From Longimicrobiales bacterium (GTDB taxonomy: Bacteria > Gemmatimonadota > Gemmatimonadetes > Longimicrobiales > Gaopeijiaceae): a DNA stretch of 64,000 bases. The stretch is taken from NCBI GenBank assembly GCA_965248195.1, contig CBDFIQ010000002.1, positions 2,816,001 through 2,880,000 of the forward strand, written 5' to 3'. The notes below the pieces were generated by a model. That model ran no database searches and was not told the origin of the DNA. It saw only the letters and a list, made by a program, of their open reading frames with translations. Made by a program: the position numbers and the translations under genes. Shown piece after piece: positions 51,337 to 62,209 of this stretch; within the stretch, counting starts at the first letter, position 1, and the number at the start of each line of letters is the position of its first letter.

Positions 51337-52412
51337 GATATACCCGTGTTGTCATCGAGAGCTTCGGATACGAGCTCGCCCCGTGCGTGGTCACGTCCGA
51401 CGAATTGGAGACCCGGCTCGCTCAGGTCTACGAAACCCTTCATGTCCAACCGGGACAGCTCTTCCAGATGACCGGCATTCAGGAGCGCCGCTACTGGGAG
51501 CCGGGTTATTCGGTGTCCCAGGGCGCAACCGCGGCGGCCGAGAACGCCTTCGAAGCATCGCCCGTGCCGGCGAACGCCATCGACATGTTGATCTACGCCG
51601 GCGTGTGCCGTGAGCATTTCGAGCCGGCCACAGCCTGCCACGTCGCGGCCGGACTCCAACGAGCCGGCCACGCGATCGAACCGTCGGCCCATGTCTACGA
51701 CGTCAGCAACGCGTGCCTGGGTGTCCTCAACGGCATACTCGACATCGCCAACCGAATCGAGTTGGGGCAGATCCGAGCCGGTATGGTGGTCAGTTGCGAG
51801 ACCGCGCGAGACATCGTCGATACGACGATCACCCGGTTGACCAACAATCCCGTGATGGAGGAGTTCAAGACCGCCATCGCCACGCTCACCGGCGGGTCGG
51901 CTGCGGTCGCCGTGATTCTGAGTGATGGATCTTTCGGGGAGTCCGACCGGCGGCGCCTCCGTGGGGCCGTGGTCGAAAACGCGCCCGAACATCACATGCT
52001 GTGCCGCTGGGGCCTGGAAGCCCATCCCGATGGTCGAGCGAACGGACCCGAAGCGAGCTTGAGGGAGTTCGCCAGCACCGACGCTGCCGCCGTCCTCGAG
52101 CACGGCGTCGCCCTGGGGGCGCGTACGTGGGACAAGTTCCTTGCGGAGATGGAGTGGCCGGTGGAAGACGTGGACCGCACGGTCTGCCACCAGGTCGGTT
52201 CTGCCCATCGGGACGTCATGCTGCGGACCATGGGCCTGTCTCCTCAACGGGACTTCGTGACCTACGAGTACCTCGGAAACACCGGGACCGCCGCCCTCCC
52301 CGTGGCCACCGCGCTGGCCCAGGAACGCGGGTTCTTGGAGCCCGGCCACCGGGTGGGACTCCTCGGCATCGGCAGCGGTCTCAACTGCATGATGCTTGGA
52401 GTCGACTGGTGA
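51333..52412 (+). CDS. oleA: OleA head-to-head condensing thiolase
   Basis: TTG overlapping the pfaBC stop; EPATA, DVSNACLG, CHQVG, GNTG, GIGSGLN. Confidence 0.88.
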   Translation: MRYTRVVIESFGYELAPCVVTSDELETRLAQVYETLHVQPGQLFQMTGIQERRYWEPGYSVSQGATAAAENAFEASPVPANAIDMLIYAGVCREHFEPATACHVAAGLQRAGHAIEPSAHVYDVSNACLGVLNGILDIANRIELGQIRAGMVVSCETARDIVDTTITRLTNNPVMEEFKTAIATLTGGSAAVAVILSDGSFGESDRRRLRGAVVENAPEHHMLCRWGLEAHPDGRANGPEASLREFASTDAAAVLEHGVALGARTWDKFLAEMEWPVEDVDRTVCHQVGSAHRDVMLRTMGLSPQRDFVTYEYLGNTGTAALPVATALAQERGFLEPGHRVGLLGIGSGLNCMMLGVDW

Positions 52413-53368
52413 GCGGGCTCTACCCGTTCACTCCCCACTACATCGAGATCGGTGGTCGCTCCGCCGCCACTGGCGCCTCCTCCGGCGCCGGCCACCGCAT
52501 GCACTACGTGGACGAAGGCCAGGGAGACCCGGTGCTCATGGTCCATGGAAACCCGAGTTGGTCCTTCTACTATCGGGATCTCATCAGCGCGTTGCAGGCG
52601 AGCCACCGCGTGATCGCTCCGGATCACATCGGGTGCGGGCGCTCCGACAAACCGAATGACGATCGCTACGACTACACGTTGTCGACACGCGTGGCGGACC
52701 TCGGCACGCTTGTCGACTCGCTCGACCTCCGTGCCATCACGCTGGTCGTGCACGATTGGGGTGGCATGATCGGGATGGCCTGGGCGGTCCAGCACCCCGA
52801 TCGAATCGCGAGGCTGGTCGTCATGAACACGGCCGCGTTCCCTCTACCCCTCGGCAAGAGCCTCCCGGCCTCGCTCGCGCTGGCCCGGGCTCCCGGGATC
52901 GGCGCCCTGCTCGTTCGAGGGGCCAACGCCTTCTCGCGGGGCGCCGTCCGGCACTGTGTGACGCGCCGCCCGATGTCCCAGGCCGTGGCCGCCGGTTACT
53001 TGGAGCCATACGACAGTTGGGCGCATCGTATCGCGGTGCATCGGTTCGTGCAGGACATCCCGCTCGAAGAAAAGGATCGGGCCTACCCGATGGTGAAGGA
53101 AACGGCGGACGCTCTCGTTCACCTCGTCGACAAACCGATGTTGATCTGCTGGGGCCTCCGAGATTTCGTCTTCGGCCACCAATTCCTGGACGAGTGGATC
53201 CGCCGATTTCCGGGCGCCGAGGTCCATCGCTTCGAGGACTGCGGTCACTACATCTTGGAGGACGCGGGAGAGGACATCATTCCACTCGTCCGGACATTCG
53301 TCGATGGTCCTTCGGAAAATCACCCAGAGGGTCACCCCGAGACCCAGGGGACGGACAGTTCGACATGA
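52409..53368 (+). CDS. oleB: OleB beta-lactone decarboxylase (haloalkane dehalogenase-like)
   Basis: HGNPSWSFYYR, VHDWGG, RFVQDIP, CGHYILED. Confidence 0.88.
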   Translation: MSGLYPFTPHYIEIGGRSAATGASSGAGHRMHYVDEGQGDPVLMVHGNPSWSFYYRDLISALQASHRVIAPDHIGCGRSDKPNDDRYDYTLSTRVADLGTLVDSLDLRAITLVVHDWGGMIGMAWAVQHPDRIARLVVMNTAAFPLPLGKSLPASLALARAPGIGALLVRGANAFSRGAVRHCVTRRPMSQAVAAGYLEPYDSWAHRIAVHRFVQDIPLEEKDRAYPMVKETADALVHLVDKPMLICWGLRDFVFGHQFLDEWIRRFPGAEVHRFEDCGHYILEDAGEDIIPLVRTFVDGPSENHPEGHPETQGTDSST

Positions 53369-55122
53369 GCGGACAGGGGGACGGTCCGACGCCGGAATCG
53401 GGTCCACCTGCCGGAACCGACGCGGCCGGAGAGCGCTCCCCCGACCACATTAATGTCGCCGCCTTTCTGGCCGAGCTGGCCCGGAGCCAGCCGGACGCTC
53501 TCGCGGCGGCGGTCTCCGCCGGGCGAAACCCGGACGGAACGGCCTGCTATGCCGAACTGACCGCGCTCGAACTACATCGCCGCTCCGATCGCATCGCCCA
53601 TGCGCTGGTCGGGGTTGGGATCGGCTCCGGCGTTCGAACCGTGCTCATGGTGGAGCCCAGCCTGGACTTCTTCTCGTTGACCTTCGCGATGCTCAAGGTT
53701 GGGGCGATCCCGGTCATGGTGGATCCGGGCATGGGAATCAAGAATTTGGGCGAGTGTCTTGGCGAAGCGGAACCAGAGGCCTTCATCGGCATCCCCAAGG
53801 CGCAGGCGGCGAGGGTCGTTCTCGGGTGGGCGAGGCGGACCGTAAAGACCAAGGTGACCGTAGGGCGCAGGTTCTTCTGGGGGGGGCACACGCTGAGCAA
53901 GTTGGAGGCGAATGCCTCGCGCGAGCCCTTCCCGATCCTCCAGCCGGACCCCGAGCAAACCGCTGCGATCCTCTTCACGAGCGGGAGCACCGGCGTGCCC
54001 AAGGGGGTCGTGACACCCTTCCGGGTCTTCGCGGCACAGGTGACGGCGCTCAGAGAGGTGTACGGCATCCAGCCAGGGGAGCGCGACCTGGCGACCTTCC
54101 CGCTCTTCGCACTTTTCGGTCCGGCCCTCGGCATGGCCTCGGTGGTCCCCGACATGGACGCGAGCCGACCGGCGGAAGCTGATCCGCGGCGCTTATTCGA
54201 GGCATGTCGCGACTATGCGTGCACCAACCTTTTCGCCTCCCCGGCCCTCATCGACAAACTGGGGCGCTATTGTGTCGATGAGGGCCTTCAGTTGACCTCG
54301 CTTCGACGAGCCATCTCGGCAGGGGCGCCGGCATCGAATCCGGCACTCGAACGATTCCAACAGTGTCTCCCGGACGGCATCGACGTCCTTACCTCTTACG
54401 GGGCGACCGAGTCCCTCCCGGTGTCCCTTCTCGGAAGCAGAGAAATCCTGCGAGACACACGACGGCTCACGGACCAGGGACGGGGCGTGTGCGTGGGCCG
54501 TCCCATACCCGCTATGGAGGTGCGTATCGTGCCGATCCATGACGAACCGATCGAGTCATGGACGGAGAACCTCCCGCTCCCCCAGGGAGAGATCGGCGAA
54601 ATCGTGGTGCGCGGCGCAGTCGTGACGCCGTCCTACTACAAGCGGCCCCAAGCGACGAAACTCGCCAAGATTGCCACCGTGGACGGGGACGCCTGGCACC
54701 GGATGGGCGATGTAGGCTATTTCGACGAGCAGGGCCGGCTCTGGATGTGTGGCCGGAAGCGCCACCGCGTGGACACCGAGACGGGGACCATGTACACGAT
54801 CCCCTGTGAGGCCGTTTTCAACACGCACCCGGCCGTGCGACGAAGCGCCCTGGTGGGTGTCACAAGGAAGACCGAGACCGCGCATACCACACCCCTGATC
54901 TGCGTAGAGCGCGTGCCGGGAGCTACGATCGACAACGGGCGACTCACCGAAGAGTTGTTGGAGATCGCCCGAAGCCACGAGCACACCCGGGCGATCGACA
55001 CGGTGCTCTACCACCCCGCCTTTCCCGTAGACGTTCGGCACAACGCCAAGATCTTCCGGGAGAAGCTTGCGGTTTGGGCCGGCAAGGAGTTGGCATCCCG
55101 ACCGCTAGCCGAGCGCTCATGA
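53365..55122 (+). CDS. oleC: OleC beta-lactone synthetase (ANL family)
   Basis: FTSGSTGVPKG, FPLFAL, YGATESLP, HRMGD, FPVDVRHNAKI. Confidence 0.88.
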   Translation: MSGQGDGPTPESGPPAGTDAAGERSPDHINVAAFLAELARSQPDALAAAVSAGRNPDGTACYAELTALELHRRSDRIAHALVGVGIGSGVRTVLMVEPSLDFFSLTFAMLKVGAIPVMVDPGMGIKNLGECLGEAEPEAFIGIPKAQAARVVLGWARRTVKTKVTVGRRFFWGGHTLSKLEANASREPFPILQPDPEQTAAILFTSGSTGVPKGVVTPFRVFAAQVTALREVYGIQPGERDLATFPLFALFGPALGMASVVPDMDASRPAEADPRRLFEACRDYACTNLFASPALIDKLGRYCVDEGLQLTSLRRAISAGAPASNPALERFQQCLPDGIDVLTSYGATESLPVSLLGSREILRDTRRLTDQGRGVCVGRPIPAMEVRIVPIHDEPIESWTENLPLPQGEIGEIVVRGAVVTPSYYKRPQATKLAKIATVDGDAWHRMGDVGYFDEQGRLWMCGRKRHRVDTETGTMYTIPCEAVFNTHPAVRRSALVGVTRKTETAHTTPLICVERVPGATIDNGRLTEELLEIARSHEHTRAIDTVLYHPAFPVDVRHNAKIFREKLAVWAGKELASRPLAERS

Positions 55123-56138
55123 AGGCGCTCGTGACCGGGGCGGGCGGCTTCCTCGGGGGAGCCATCGCCCGGACTCTGCGTGACCGGGGGGACGAGGTTA
55201 AAAGTTTTTCCCGCGGAGCACACCCGGAGCTGGCCGCCCACGGCATCGAGCACCATCAGGGGGATGTGGCGGATCTCGGCGCCGTGATCGACGCGACCCG
55301 GGGGGTCGACGTCGTGTTCCACACCGCCGCGAGGGTCGGGGCGGGAGGCCAATACGTAGACTTCTACGATACCAACGTTACGGGCACCGCGAACGTGCTC
55401 GCGGCTTGCCGGGAAGGCCGCGTGCCGGCACTCGTCTATACCTCCACGCCGAGCGTGGTCTCCGGCGTCACGGATCTTGAGGGCGTGGATGAATCGGAGG
55501 GCTACGCCACCCATTACGAGGGGGACTATGGCCGGACCAAGGCGGAAGCCGAGCGGCTGGTTCTCTCGTCGACCTCCGACGAGTTCAATGCCGTCGCACT
55601 CCGACCTCCCCTCATCTGGGGCCCTGGGGACACGTCTCTGCTCCCCCGTGTGATCGAGAGGGGAAGAAACGGCGCGCTCCGACGGATCAAGGGACCGCCC
55701 AAGTGGCAGGATACCACGTATATCGATGATGCGGTGCAGGCCCATATGATTGCTGCGGATCTGCTCCTGGCCGGCGGCGACGGGGCCCGCCGTATCAACG
55801 GCCGCCCGTACTTCGTTAGTTCCGGCGAACCCGTGGAGATCTGGGATTTCGTCGATGGCCTCCTCGAGGCCTCCGGCGTCCCCCCGGTTCGCAAGAGTGT
55901 GTCCCTGCGGACCGCGCTAGTGGCGGGTTGGATCTTCGAGAAGGCCCATACACTGTCGGGAGCGCAAGGCGATCCACGCATGAGCCCCTGGATCGTGCGT
56001 CAACTCACGAGCTCACGTTGGTTCGACATCGGCGCCGCACGTCGGGATCTAGGGTACGAGCCGCGGGTGTCCCTGGAGGATGGGATGCGCCGCCTGAAGG
56101 CATGGATAGAGGAGCAAGAAAGGGAGCCACGTGGCTGA
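55119..56138 (+). CDS. oleD: OleD NAD(P)H-dependent reductase (3-beta-HSD-like SDR)
   Basis: TGAGGFLG, YTSTPSVV, YGRTK, LIWGPGD. Confidence 0.85.
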   Translation: MKALVTGAGGFLGGAIARTLRDRGDEVKSFSRGAHPELAAHGIEHHQGDVADLGAVIDATRGVDVVFHTAARVGAGGQYVDFYDTNVTGTANVLAACREGRVPALVYTSTPSVVSGVTDLEGVDESEGYATHYEGDYGRTKAEAERLVLSSTSDEFNAVALRPPLIWGPGDTSLLPRVIERGRNGALRRIKGPPKWQDTTYIDDAVQAHMIAADLLLAGGDGARRINGRPYFVSSGEPVEIWDFVDGLLEASGVPPVRKSVSLRTALVAGWIFEKAHTLSGAQGDPRMSPWIVRQLTSSRWFDIGAARRDLGYEPRVSLEDGMRRLKAWIEEQEREPRG

Positions 56139-56844
56139 GCGCTGGCGCCCCGCTCAAGAGTGGGACCCCGCCTCTGACGACGTCATCGACATTTGGCGCT
56201 TCGATCTCGAGGTCCGGGAGAATGACTGGGCGATCCTCAGCCCCGACGAAGCCCAGACCGCCAAACGGATCGTCGTTGAGGAAAAGCGGGACCAGAAGGC
56301 CTCCGCCCGGGCTCACCTGCGCCGTATTCTCGCTCGTTATCTGGGCACTCACCCGCAAGATGTGAAGTTCGCCTACGGCGAGCACGGGAAACCGATGCTC
56401 GCCGAGCAGAACGAACCCGGCTTCAACCTGTCCCACTCTGAGTCGAGGGGGCTCGCAGCAGTAACGTGGGGTGCGTGCGTCGGGGTCGATGTCGAGTTCG
56501 CGCGGGAGGGACGAGCGTTCACCGACATCGCGGACCGCTTCTTTTCCGGAGCCGAGAGCGCCGAGCTCCGCGCACTCCCCCCAGAGGCCCGCCCCGCCGC
56601 GTTCTACAGAGCCTGGACTCGAAAAGAAGCCTACCTGAAAGCCTGGGGCACCGGACTGAGCTTCGGCTCGGATCGCTTCACGCTCGACTACGTTGGAGAC
56701 GGTCCCGGGAGCCTTTTGGCCACAGAGATGCCGGAGGACGACTTGTCCCGTTGGCACTTCAGGGACGTCGAGCTAGGCCCGTACTACACGGGTGCGATCT
56801 GCTTCGAAGGCCCCGACCGCCCGACTCGTTGGTGGGCCATCTGA
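56131..56844 (+). CDS. pfaE: Sfp-type 4'-phosphopantetheinyl transferase
   Basis: GKP, FNLSHS, VGVDVE, WTRKEAYLKA. Confidence 0.9.
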   Translation: MAERWRPAQEWDPASDDVIDIWRFDLEVRENDWAILSPDEAQTAKRIVVEEKRDQKASARAHLRRILARYLGTHPQDVKFAYGEHGKPMLAEQNEPGFNLSHSESRGLAAVTWGACVGVDVEFAREGRAFTDIADRFFSGAESAELRALPPEARPAAFYRAWTRKEAYLKAWGTGLSFGSDRFTLDYVGDGPGSLLATEMPEDDLSRWHFRDVELGPYYTGAICFEGPDRPTRWWAI

Positions 56845-56925
56845 GACGCGATCGAGCCTCGTGAGGGTTCTCCATGCCCTAGCTTCCGGGCGAGTGGTCA
56901 TCACCCCGGTTCTTTCGGGACGGCC

Positions 56926-57558
56926 CTACCGGATCACGCCGTCCTGATTCATGTGCAGGATATTGAACTGGCCGTAACTATCGGTGAGCTCCAACTCGAT
57001 GGCGCCGGTCAACTTCGACGAACCTGAGCCCATCTCTGCAACCGTGTACTCGAATCCATTGGGCAGATTGATACGGGCACGGGAAGGCTCTCCGCTGAAC
57101 GGGTCGATCATGGGTGAGCCCGTGGACTCGACGACCCCGGGAACGTTTAATCGACCCTTGCGCTCATCGACGTCGATCTCGAGTTCGATCGGAGCATACA
57201 GCGTTTCCAAAAGTTCGGAAATCGTGCCGCTGAGCACGGCGAAAATGGTCGCCCCCGGCACGGTGTCCTCACCATTAAGAATCCTACCCAGTGCCTCGCG
57301 CTGAGCATCGTCGGCACGTTCATCGATGACAAACTGCGCCCGGCCGTTCCCCTCCGCGACCTCTCCGGGGTACCAGAACATCCACGCCCAGTCCAAACCA
57401 GCCAAGCGTGTGTCTCCGTGATAACCCTCCTCGATGTGGCCGCATACCACCCCTTCGCAGTTGCCGTGCGACGTGGGAGCATTGAATTGGCAAGGACACC
57501 CATAGTTGCAGTTGCAGTTCGCGTAATTGACCCCTCGCAGCATCCACTGAGTTGCCAT
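56926..57558 (-). CDS. DUF1326 family protein
   Basis: NCNCNYGCPCQF...CEG, IDERADDAQREAL; GGAGG RBS. Confidence 0.8.
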   Translation of the reverse strand: MATQWMLRGVNYANCNCNYGCPCQFNAPTSHGNCEGVVCGHIEEGYHGDTRLAGLDWAWMFWYPGEVAEGNGRAQFVIDERADDAQREALGRILNGEDTVPGATIFAVLSGTISELLETLYAPIELEIDVDERKGRLNVPGVVESTGSPMIDPFSGEPSRARINLPNGFEYTVAEMGSGSSKLTGAIELELTDSYGQFNILHMNQDGVIR

Positions 57559-57645
57559 CAATCGCACCTCCTGTCGTCGGGCCTCGTTCTGGCATGATCC
57601 GGCGGGACATAGGCCGTATGAGTAGCCCCGGGGCGCAACGTACGT

Positions 57646-57939
57646 CTAGGCCCTTCCGGCGGGTGGATCGTCCTCTTGTTGCCCCTTCCGGTCCGGAGAA
57701 TCCAGCAGACGCTCCGTGAAATCTTGCCGCTCCTCGAGGAGCGCCATGCGCGCGCTCACGGTTTCGATAAGATCGCCGATGCGGCGTAGCTCCCCTTCTG
57801 CCCGGCCTTGCCGGTCACGAAGCATGAGTTCGGCGATGTCGCCCAGGCGCTTGGCTATGGGTCTCAGAAGCAGCACGCCACCCACAGTCAGCGTTAGCAT
57901 GACGATCACGACCATCGGCGCGATGTTGTCCCAGTCCAT
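57646..57939 (-). CDS. Small TM + coiled-coil protein
   Basis: GGVLLLRPIAKRLG...LLEERQDFTERLL; AGGAG RBS. Confidence 0.7.
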   Translation of the reverse strand: MDWDNIAPMVVIVMLTLTVGGVLLLRPIAKRLGDIAELMLRDRQGRAEGELRRIGDLIETVSARMALLEERQDFTERLLDSPDRKGQQEDDPPAGRA

Positions 57940-58023
57940 AACCCTCTCCTGATCCAAGACCCCTGGCGGGGACACGCCAGCGGTTTAACTGACGAGATCC
58001 GGTCGCTCTGGGTTTCTGTGCGG

Positions 58024-60506
58024 CTACTCCGCCCTCAACGCATCAATCGGATCCACACGCGTAGCGCGCCGGGCCGGTATGAACGCCGCGATCAACGCGA
58101 CCGCTGCAAGGACCGCCCCCACCACCACGAACGTCACGGGGTCCGTGGGCTCGATCTCGAACAGAAGCCCGGAGAGGAATTGGGACAACATGACCGAAGC
58201 GACACCCCCGATCAGAAGTGCACCGAGCACCAACCTCGCCCCCTCCCCCATCACCATGCGAAGCACCTGTCCCTCCTCCGCCCCCAACGCGAGGCGGACG
58301 CCGAACTCCTTGGTCCGCTGGGTCACGGAGAACGCCAGCACTCCGAGTACGCCCACGGCCGCCACCATCAGAGCGAGGATCGCGAAGGTCGAGAAGAGCG
58401 TGGCGTTCAAGCGTTGAGGCGCGATGTCCTCCCTCATCAGTTCTTCCAGCGTGATGACGTTGTCTACGGGCCGCTCAGGATCCGTCTCATGGATGATGTC
58501 TGTGATCTGGCGGACGACAGGCCCCGTCTGTCCAGTCGTCCGAACCAGCATCGTCTGCGCGGGAAACCCGCCGCCGACCGTCACTCCAAAGCCCTGCCCA
58601 CGCCGGACGGCCTGACTCGTCGCCCGATAGATGACATGGATATCGGCCTGAGCGATCCCCGCATCCCGCGTGTTGGCGACCACCCCCACCACGCGCTGCC
58701 ATGGCTGCCAGTTACCGCGGGTGTTCTGCCACCGAATGCGCCTACCGACCGGATCCTCGCTCCCGAAGTAGGCGCTCGACAGCGATTCATTGATGACGAC
58801 GACGGAATCGGCCTCTGGCGTGTCGTCTCGATTGAACGAACGCCCACGAAGAAGCGTTGCTCCCACAGTCCGAAAGTAGTCCGCACTCACGGTATTGAAG
58901 ATCCCCATCGGGGTCGACGCCTGAAGCACATCCTCCCCCTCCACCCCGATCGTGAGAGCGGCGGGCGGAATGCTCTGAAGTGGAGCCCAGGTGGCGTAGG
59001 CGGCATTCTGTACACCCGGATAGGTCCGCAGCCTGCTCACGACGCCTTCGAAGAGTGTGTGCTGCTCCTCCGACGTGAGCGACGTGAAATTCGGGGACTG
59101 CAGTGTGAGCACGGTCCCCTGCTCGAAGCCCGGATCGACCCGCTGCAGCCTGAACAGGCTCCTCACCAGGAGGCCGGCACCGATCAGAAGCGTGAAGGAA
59201 AGCGCAAGCTGGCTCACGACCAATAGCCGCTGTAGCTGACGCCTGGATATTCCGCTCGAGTTCCGCCCCCCGGAGTGGTTCAACGACATGCCGATCTCGG
59301 ACGTGAACGGAAGGCTGGGTGCCCAGGCGAGCAACATCGCGATCCCGACCCCGATCACGAGCGTGAACGTCAGCACGACACCGTCCAATCCGATCTCTTC
59401 GCTCCGGACCGTGAAGCGGTTGGCGTAGGACACCAAGAGGTCCAGGCCGGCAAACGCAACGATGAGGCCCAACCCTGCGCCGGCCAACGCCAGGACGAGG
59501 TTCTCCGTGAAGAGTTGCCGACGGATCCGCTTCTTGCCGGCTCCCAACGCCGACCGGATGGCCAACTCACGTTCCCGTTGGATCAACCGGGTCAGCGTCA
59601 GGTTCGCCACGTTGGCGCAGGCTAGAAGAAGCACCATGAGCACCGTGCCCATCATGATCAAGAAAGTGGGCCGAGCGGATTCGGTAAGAACCTCCTGCCA
59701 CGGGCGGGCACTGATCTCGAAACCGAACTGCTCCGGGTAAAACTCACGAAACTCGTCCTGGAGACGTCGATTGATCTGAGTGAGCTCCGCCTGTGCCGTC
59801 TCGAACGTGGCACCGGGAGCGAGTCTCCCGAAATACGTCGGTCATGCGATGATTTCGTGCGTCCCGCATGGCCGCGCCCGTGTAATGATCGTTCGTCGTA
59901 TAATTGGTGAAGACGTCCGGCTTCCTTCGCCCGGTGTAGTGAGTACCCGGTTCGAGCACGCCCACGACTTCGACACTCTTCGTGGTGAGCTTGACCGTCT
60001 GGCCCACGATCTCGGGGTCGGCGCCGAACATGCGGGTCCAAATAGTCGTGCGTGAAGACCATCACTGGTGGAGCGCCCACGTTGTTGTCGCTGGGGAGCA
60101 ACGTACGCCCATACAGGGGGCGGATGCCGAGGACGTCGAAGTAATTGGCGGTCACCAGGCCGCCGACCACGCGATGGGGGTCCCCACGTCCGATCACGCT
60201 GAAGTCCCAGTCCCCGAACTCGACGAACTCGTCGATCGTCCGGGACGAGGCCCTGTAATCGTCGATCTCGATGAAAGAGAACGACGCGTTGAAGGCGCCG
60301 GCCCGGTTCGCCGGTTGCTGCACGAACATGATCCGGTCGGCGTCCTGATAGGGGAGCGGCTGTAGCAGCACCCCGTTGACAACGCTGAAGATCGCCGTGT
60401 TGACCCCGATACCGAGACCGAGGGTGATCACGAATGCCGCCGCGTAGGAGCGACTCTTGTATATGCTGCGAAACGCGTACCTGATTTCTGGCACGAGATT
60501 CGACAT
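58024..60506 (-). pseudogene. Duplicated MacB/FtsX-type (ADOP-like) ABC permease with two frameshifts
   Basis: LGIGVNTAIFSVV, LLLACANVANL, RExxIRSALGA, QRTKEFGVRLALGA, VDPIDALRAE; an extra T at ~60040 and another at ~59832. Confidence 0.85.
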
Positions 60507-60590
60507 CTTGTCCCCTCCCCGCTACCTATCCAACGTTCCGTTTGAGCCGGATCCCCCATGAATCTGGCCGGTGATTCGTTGTAGGGGCCA

Positions 60591-60935
60591 TTAAAGCGCA
60601 TCGGCTCCGGGTACCAGATCCAACTCCCGTGCCAAGCTCGCAAGCCTGTCTAGCCGCGCAGCCTCGGTGCGGAGCGCTTCCTGCCCCTTGGGCGTCATCT
60701 CATAAACCTTCCGACGCCCGTCCCCGGGCAGATCCGACTCACGGACGAGCCCACCATCTTCCATCCTTTGGATCGCACCGTAAACGGTACCGGGTCCCAT
60801 CCTGAGTCCAGACGCCTCCTCCGCGTGCTGCATGATCGCGTAGCCATGCCTGGCTCCCTCTTCCATCGCCAACAAGACGTGAAAGACGACATGCGTCAGG
60901 GGTTGAGAATCAGTATCGGCGTGGCCTGTGGTCAT
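60591..60935 (-). CDS. PadR family transcriptional regulator
   Basis: HVLLAM, RHGYAIM, GPGTVYGAIQRM, RRKVYEMT. Confidence 0.9.
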   Translation of the reverse strand: MTTGHADTDSQPLTHVVFHVLLAMEEGARHGYAIMQHAEEASGLRMGPGTVYGAIQRMEDGGLVRESDLPGDGRRKVYEMTPKGQEALRTEAARLDRLASLARELDLVPGADAL

Positions 60936-60971
60936 CCGGAGCTCCCGGATCAGGAGGTGAAAGCAGCGTTC

Positions 60972-61010
60972 TATTACGTGGACGGTATTACCGTTCGCGT
61001 AATATGTCAA
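60972..61010 (-). promoter_or_regulatory. Promoter with an overlapping inverted repeat (candidate PadR operator)
   Basis: Minus strand TTGACA-N17-TACCGT; arms TATTACGTGGACGGT / ACCGTTCGCGTAATA are complementary at 13/15. Confidence 0.7.
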
Positions 61011-61180
61011 CACGCCCCTCTGACGCCTTAAAATCGAATCGATGGGCCGGGTCTTGCCCGGTGACCCCTCCAGGGTCATGAGAAGGCGCGGTGGCGTGAC
61101 CTTGAAGTGCCCGACATGGATGGCATACTATCGGGGGCCTTTTCTTTTAGTCGCGAAGCCAACCAGCGGGACACCCGAAC

Positions 61181-62194
61181 ATGATCATCATCACGAGGCA
61201 CGACGTCACCGACGAAGAGCTGGACCATATCCGGGAGCGAGTGGAAGCGTTCGGGCTTCAGACCCACCTTTCCCGGGGAGAGCACCGTACGGTGGTTGGA
61301 TGTATCGGAGACGAGGAGCTCCTGGCAGGCGTCCCACTCCGTTCGATTCCGGGCGTCGAGTCCGTTCACTCGGTCATGAAACCCTACAAGTTGGCGAACC
61401 TCCAATTTGCCGCCGAGCCGACGAGAGTCCCGTTGGGCAGCACTGCCGTCGGCGATGCGTCCGTGGCGGTGGTGGCAGGCCCGTGTTCGGTGGAGGGCGC
61501 TGAGATGCTCTCCGAGACAGGCCAGCGGATCCAGAAGGCGGGAGCGGTAGGGCTTCGCGGTGGTGCGTTCAAGCCGCGCAGTTCACCCTACTCCTTCGGC
61601 GGGCTGGGCGAGGATGGGCTCAAGATGCTCGCCGACGTCCGTGCCGAGACCGGCCTCCCGGTCGTGACCGAGGTCATGGATACACGCCAGGCGGACCTGG
61701 TCGCCGAATACGCCGACGTGCTCCAGATCGGAGCCCGTAACATGCAGAACTTTTCACTCCTTACCGAGGTCGGGAGACTCCACCGGCCGATCCTGCTCAA
61801 ACGTGGAATGGCAGCCACCGTGGAGGACCTGCTCCTGGCCGCAGAGTACGTCATGAAGCAGGGGAACAAGAACGTCATCCTCTGCGAACGGGGTATCCGG
61901 ACTTTTTCCGACACTACACGTAATACCTTTGACCTGGCAGCCATCCCGGTGCTCAAAAAGGAGACGCACCTTCCGGTGGTCGCCGACCCGAGCCATGCCG
62001 CCGGCCGGAGCGATCTCGTGGCGGCCCTTTCCTACGCGGCGGTCGCCGCCGGAGCAGACGGGCTGCTGATCGAGGTGCATCCGGTGCCAGAGCAGGCGGT
62101 CTCAGATGGGGATCAGTCGCTTACGTTCGACCAGTTCGACGCTCTGATGGCGGGCCTGAAGCCCGTTGCCGCGGCAGTGGGTAGGAGCCTATAG
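61181..62194 (+). CDS. aroF: DAHP synthase class I-beta with N-terminal regulatory domain
   Basis: [43 protein letters not shown]. Confidence 0.95.
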   Translation: MIIITRHDVTDEELDHIRERVEAFGLQTHLSRGEHRTVVGCIGDEELLAGVPLRSIPGVESVHSVMKPYKLANLQFAAEPTRVPLGSTAVGDASVAVVAGPCSVEGAEMLSETGQRIQKAGAVGLRGGAFKPRSSPYSFGGLGEDGLKMLADVRAETGLPVVTEVMDTRQADLVAEYADVLQIGARNMQNFSLLTEVGRLHRPILLKRGMAATVEDLLLAAEYVMKQGNKNVILCERGIRTFSDTTRNTFDLAAIPVLKKETHLPVVADPSHAAGRSDLVAALSYAAVAAGADGLLIEVHPVPEQAVSDGDQSLTFDQFDALMAGLKPVAAAVGRSL

Positions 62195-62209
62195 CCTAGA
62201 GGCCGGCAA

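Noticed and set aside
52409..53368. Haloalkane dehalogenase
   Set aside because: Its position between oleA and oleC indicates OleB
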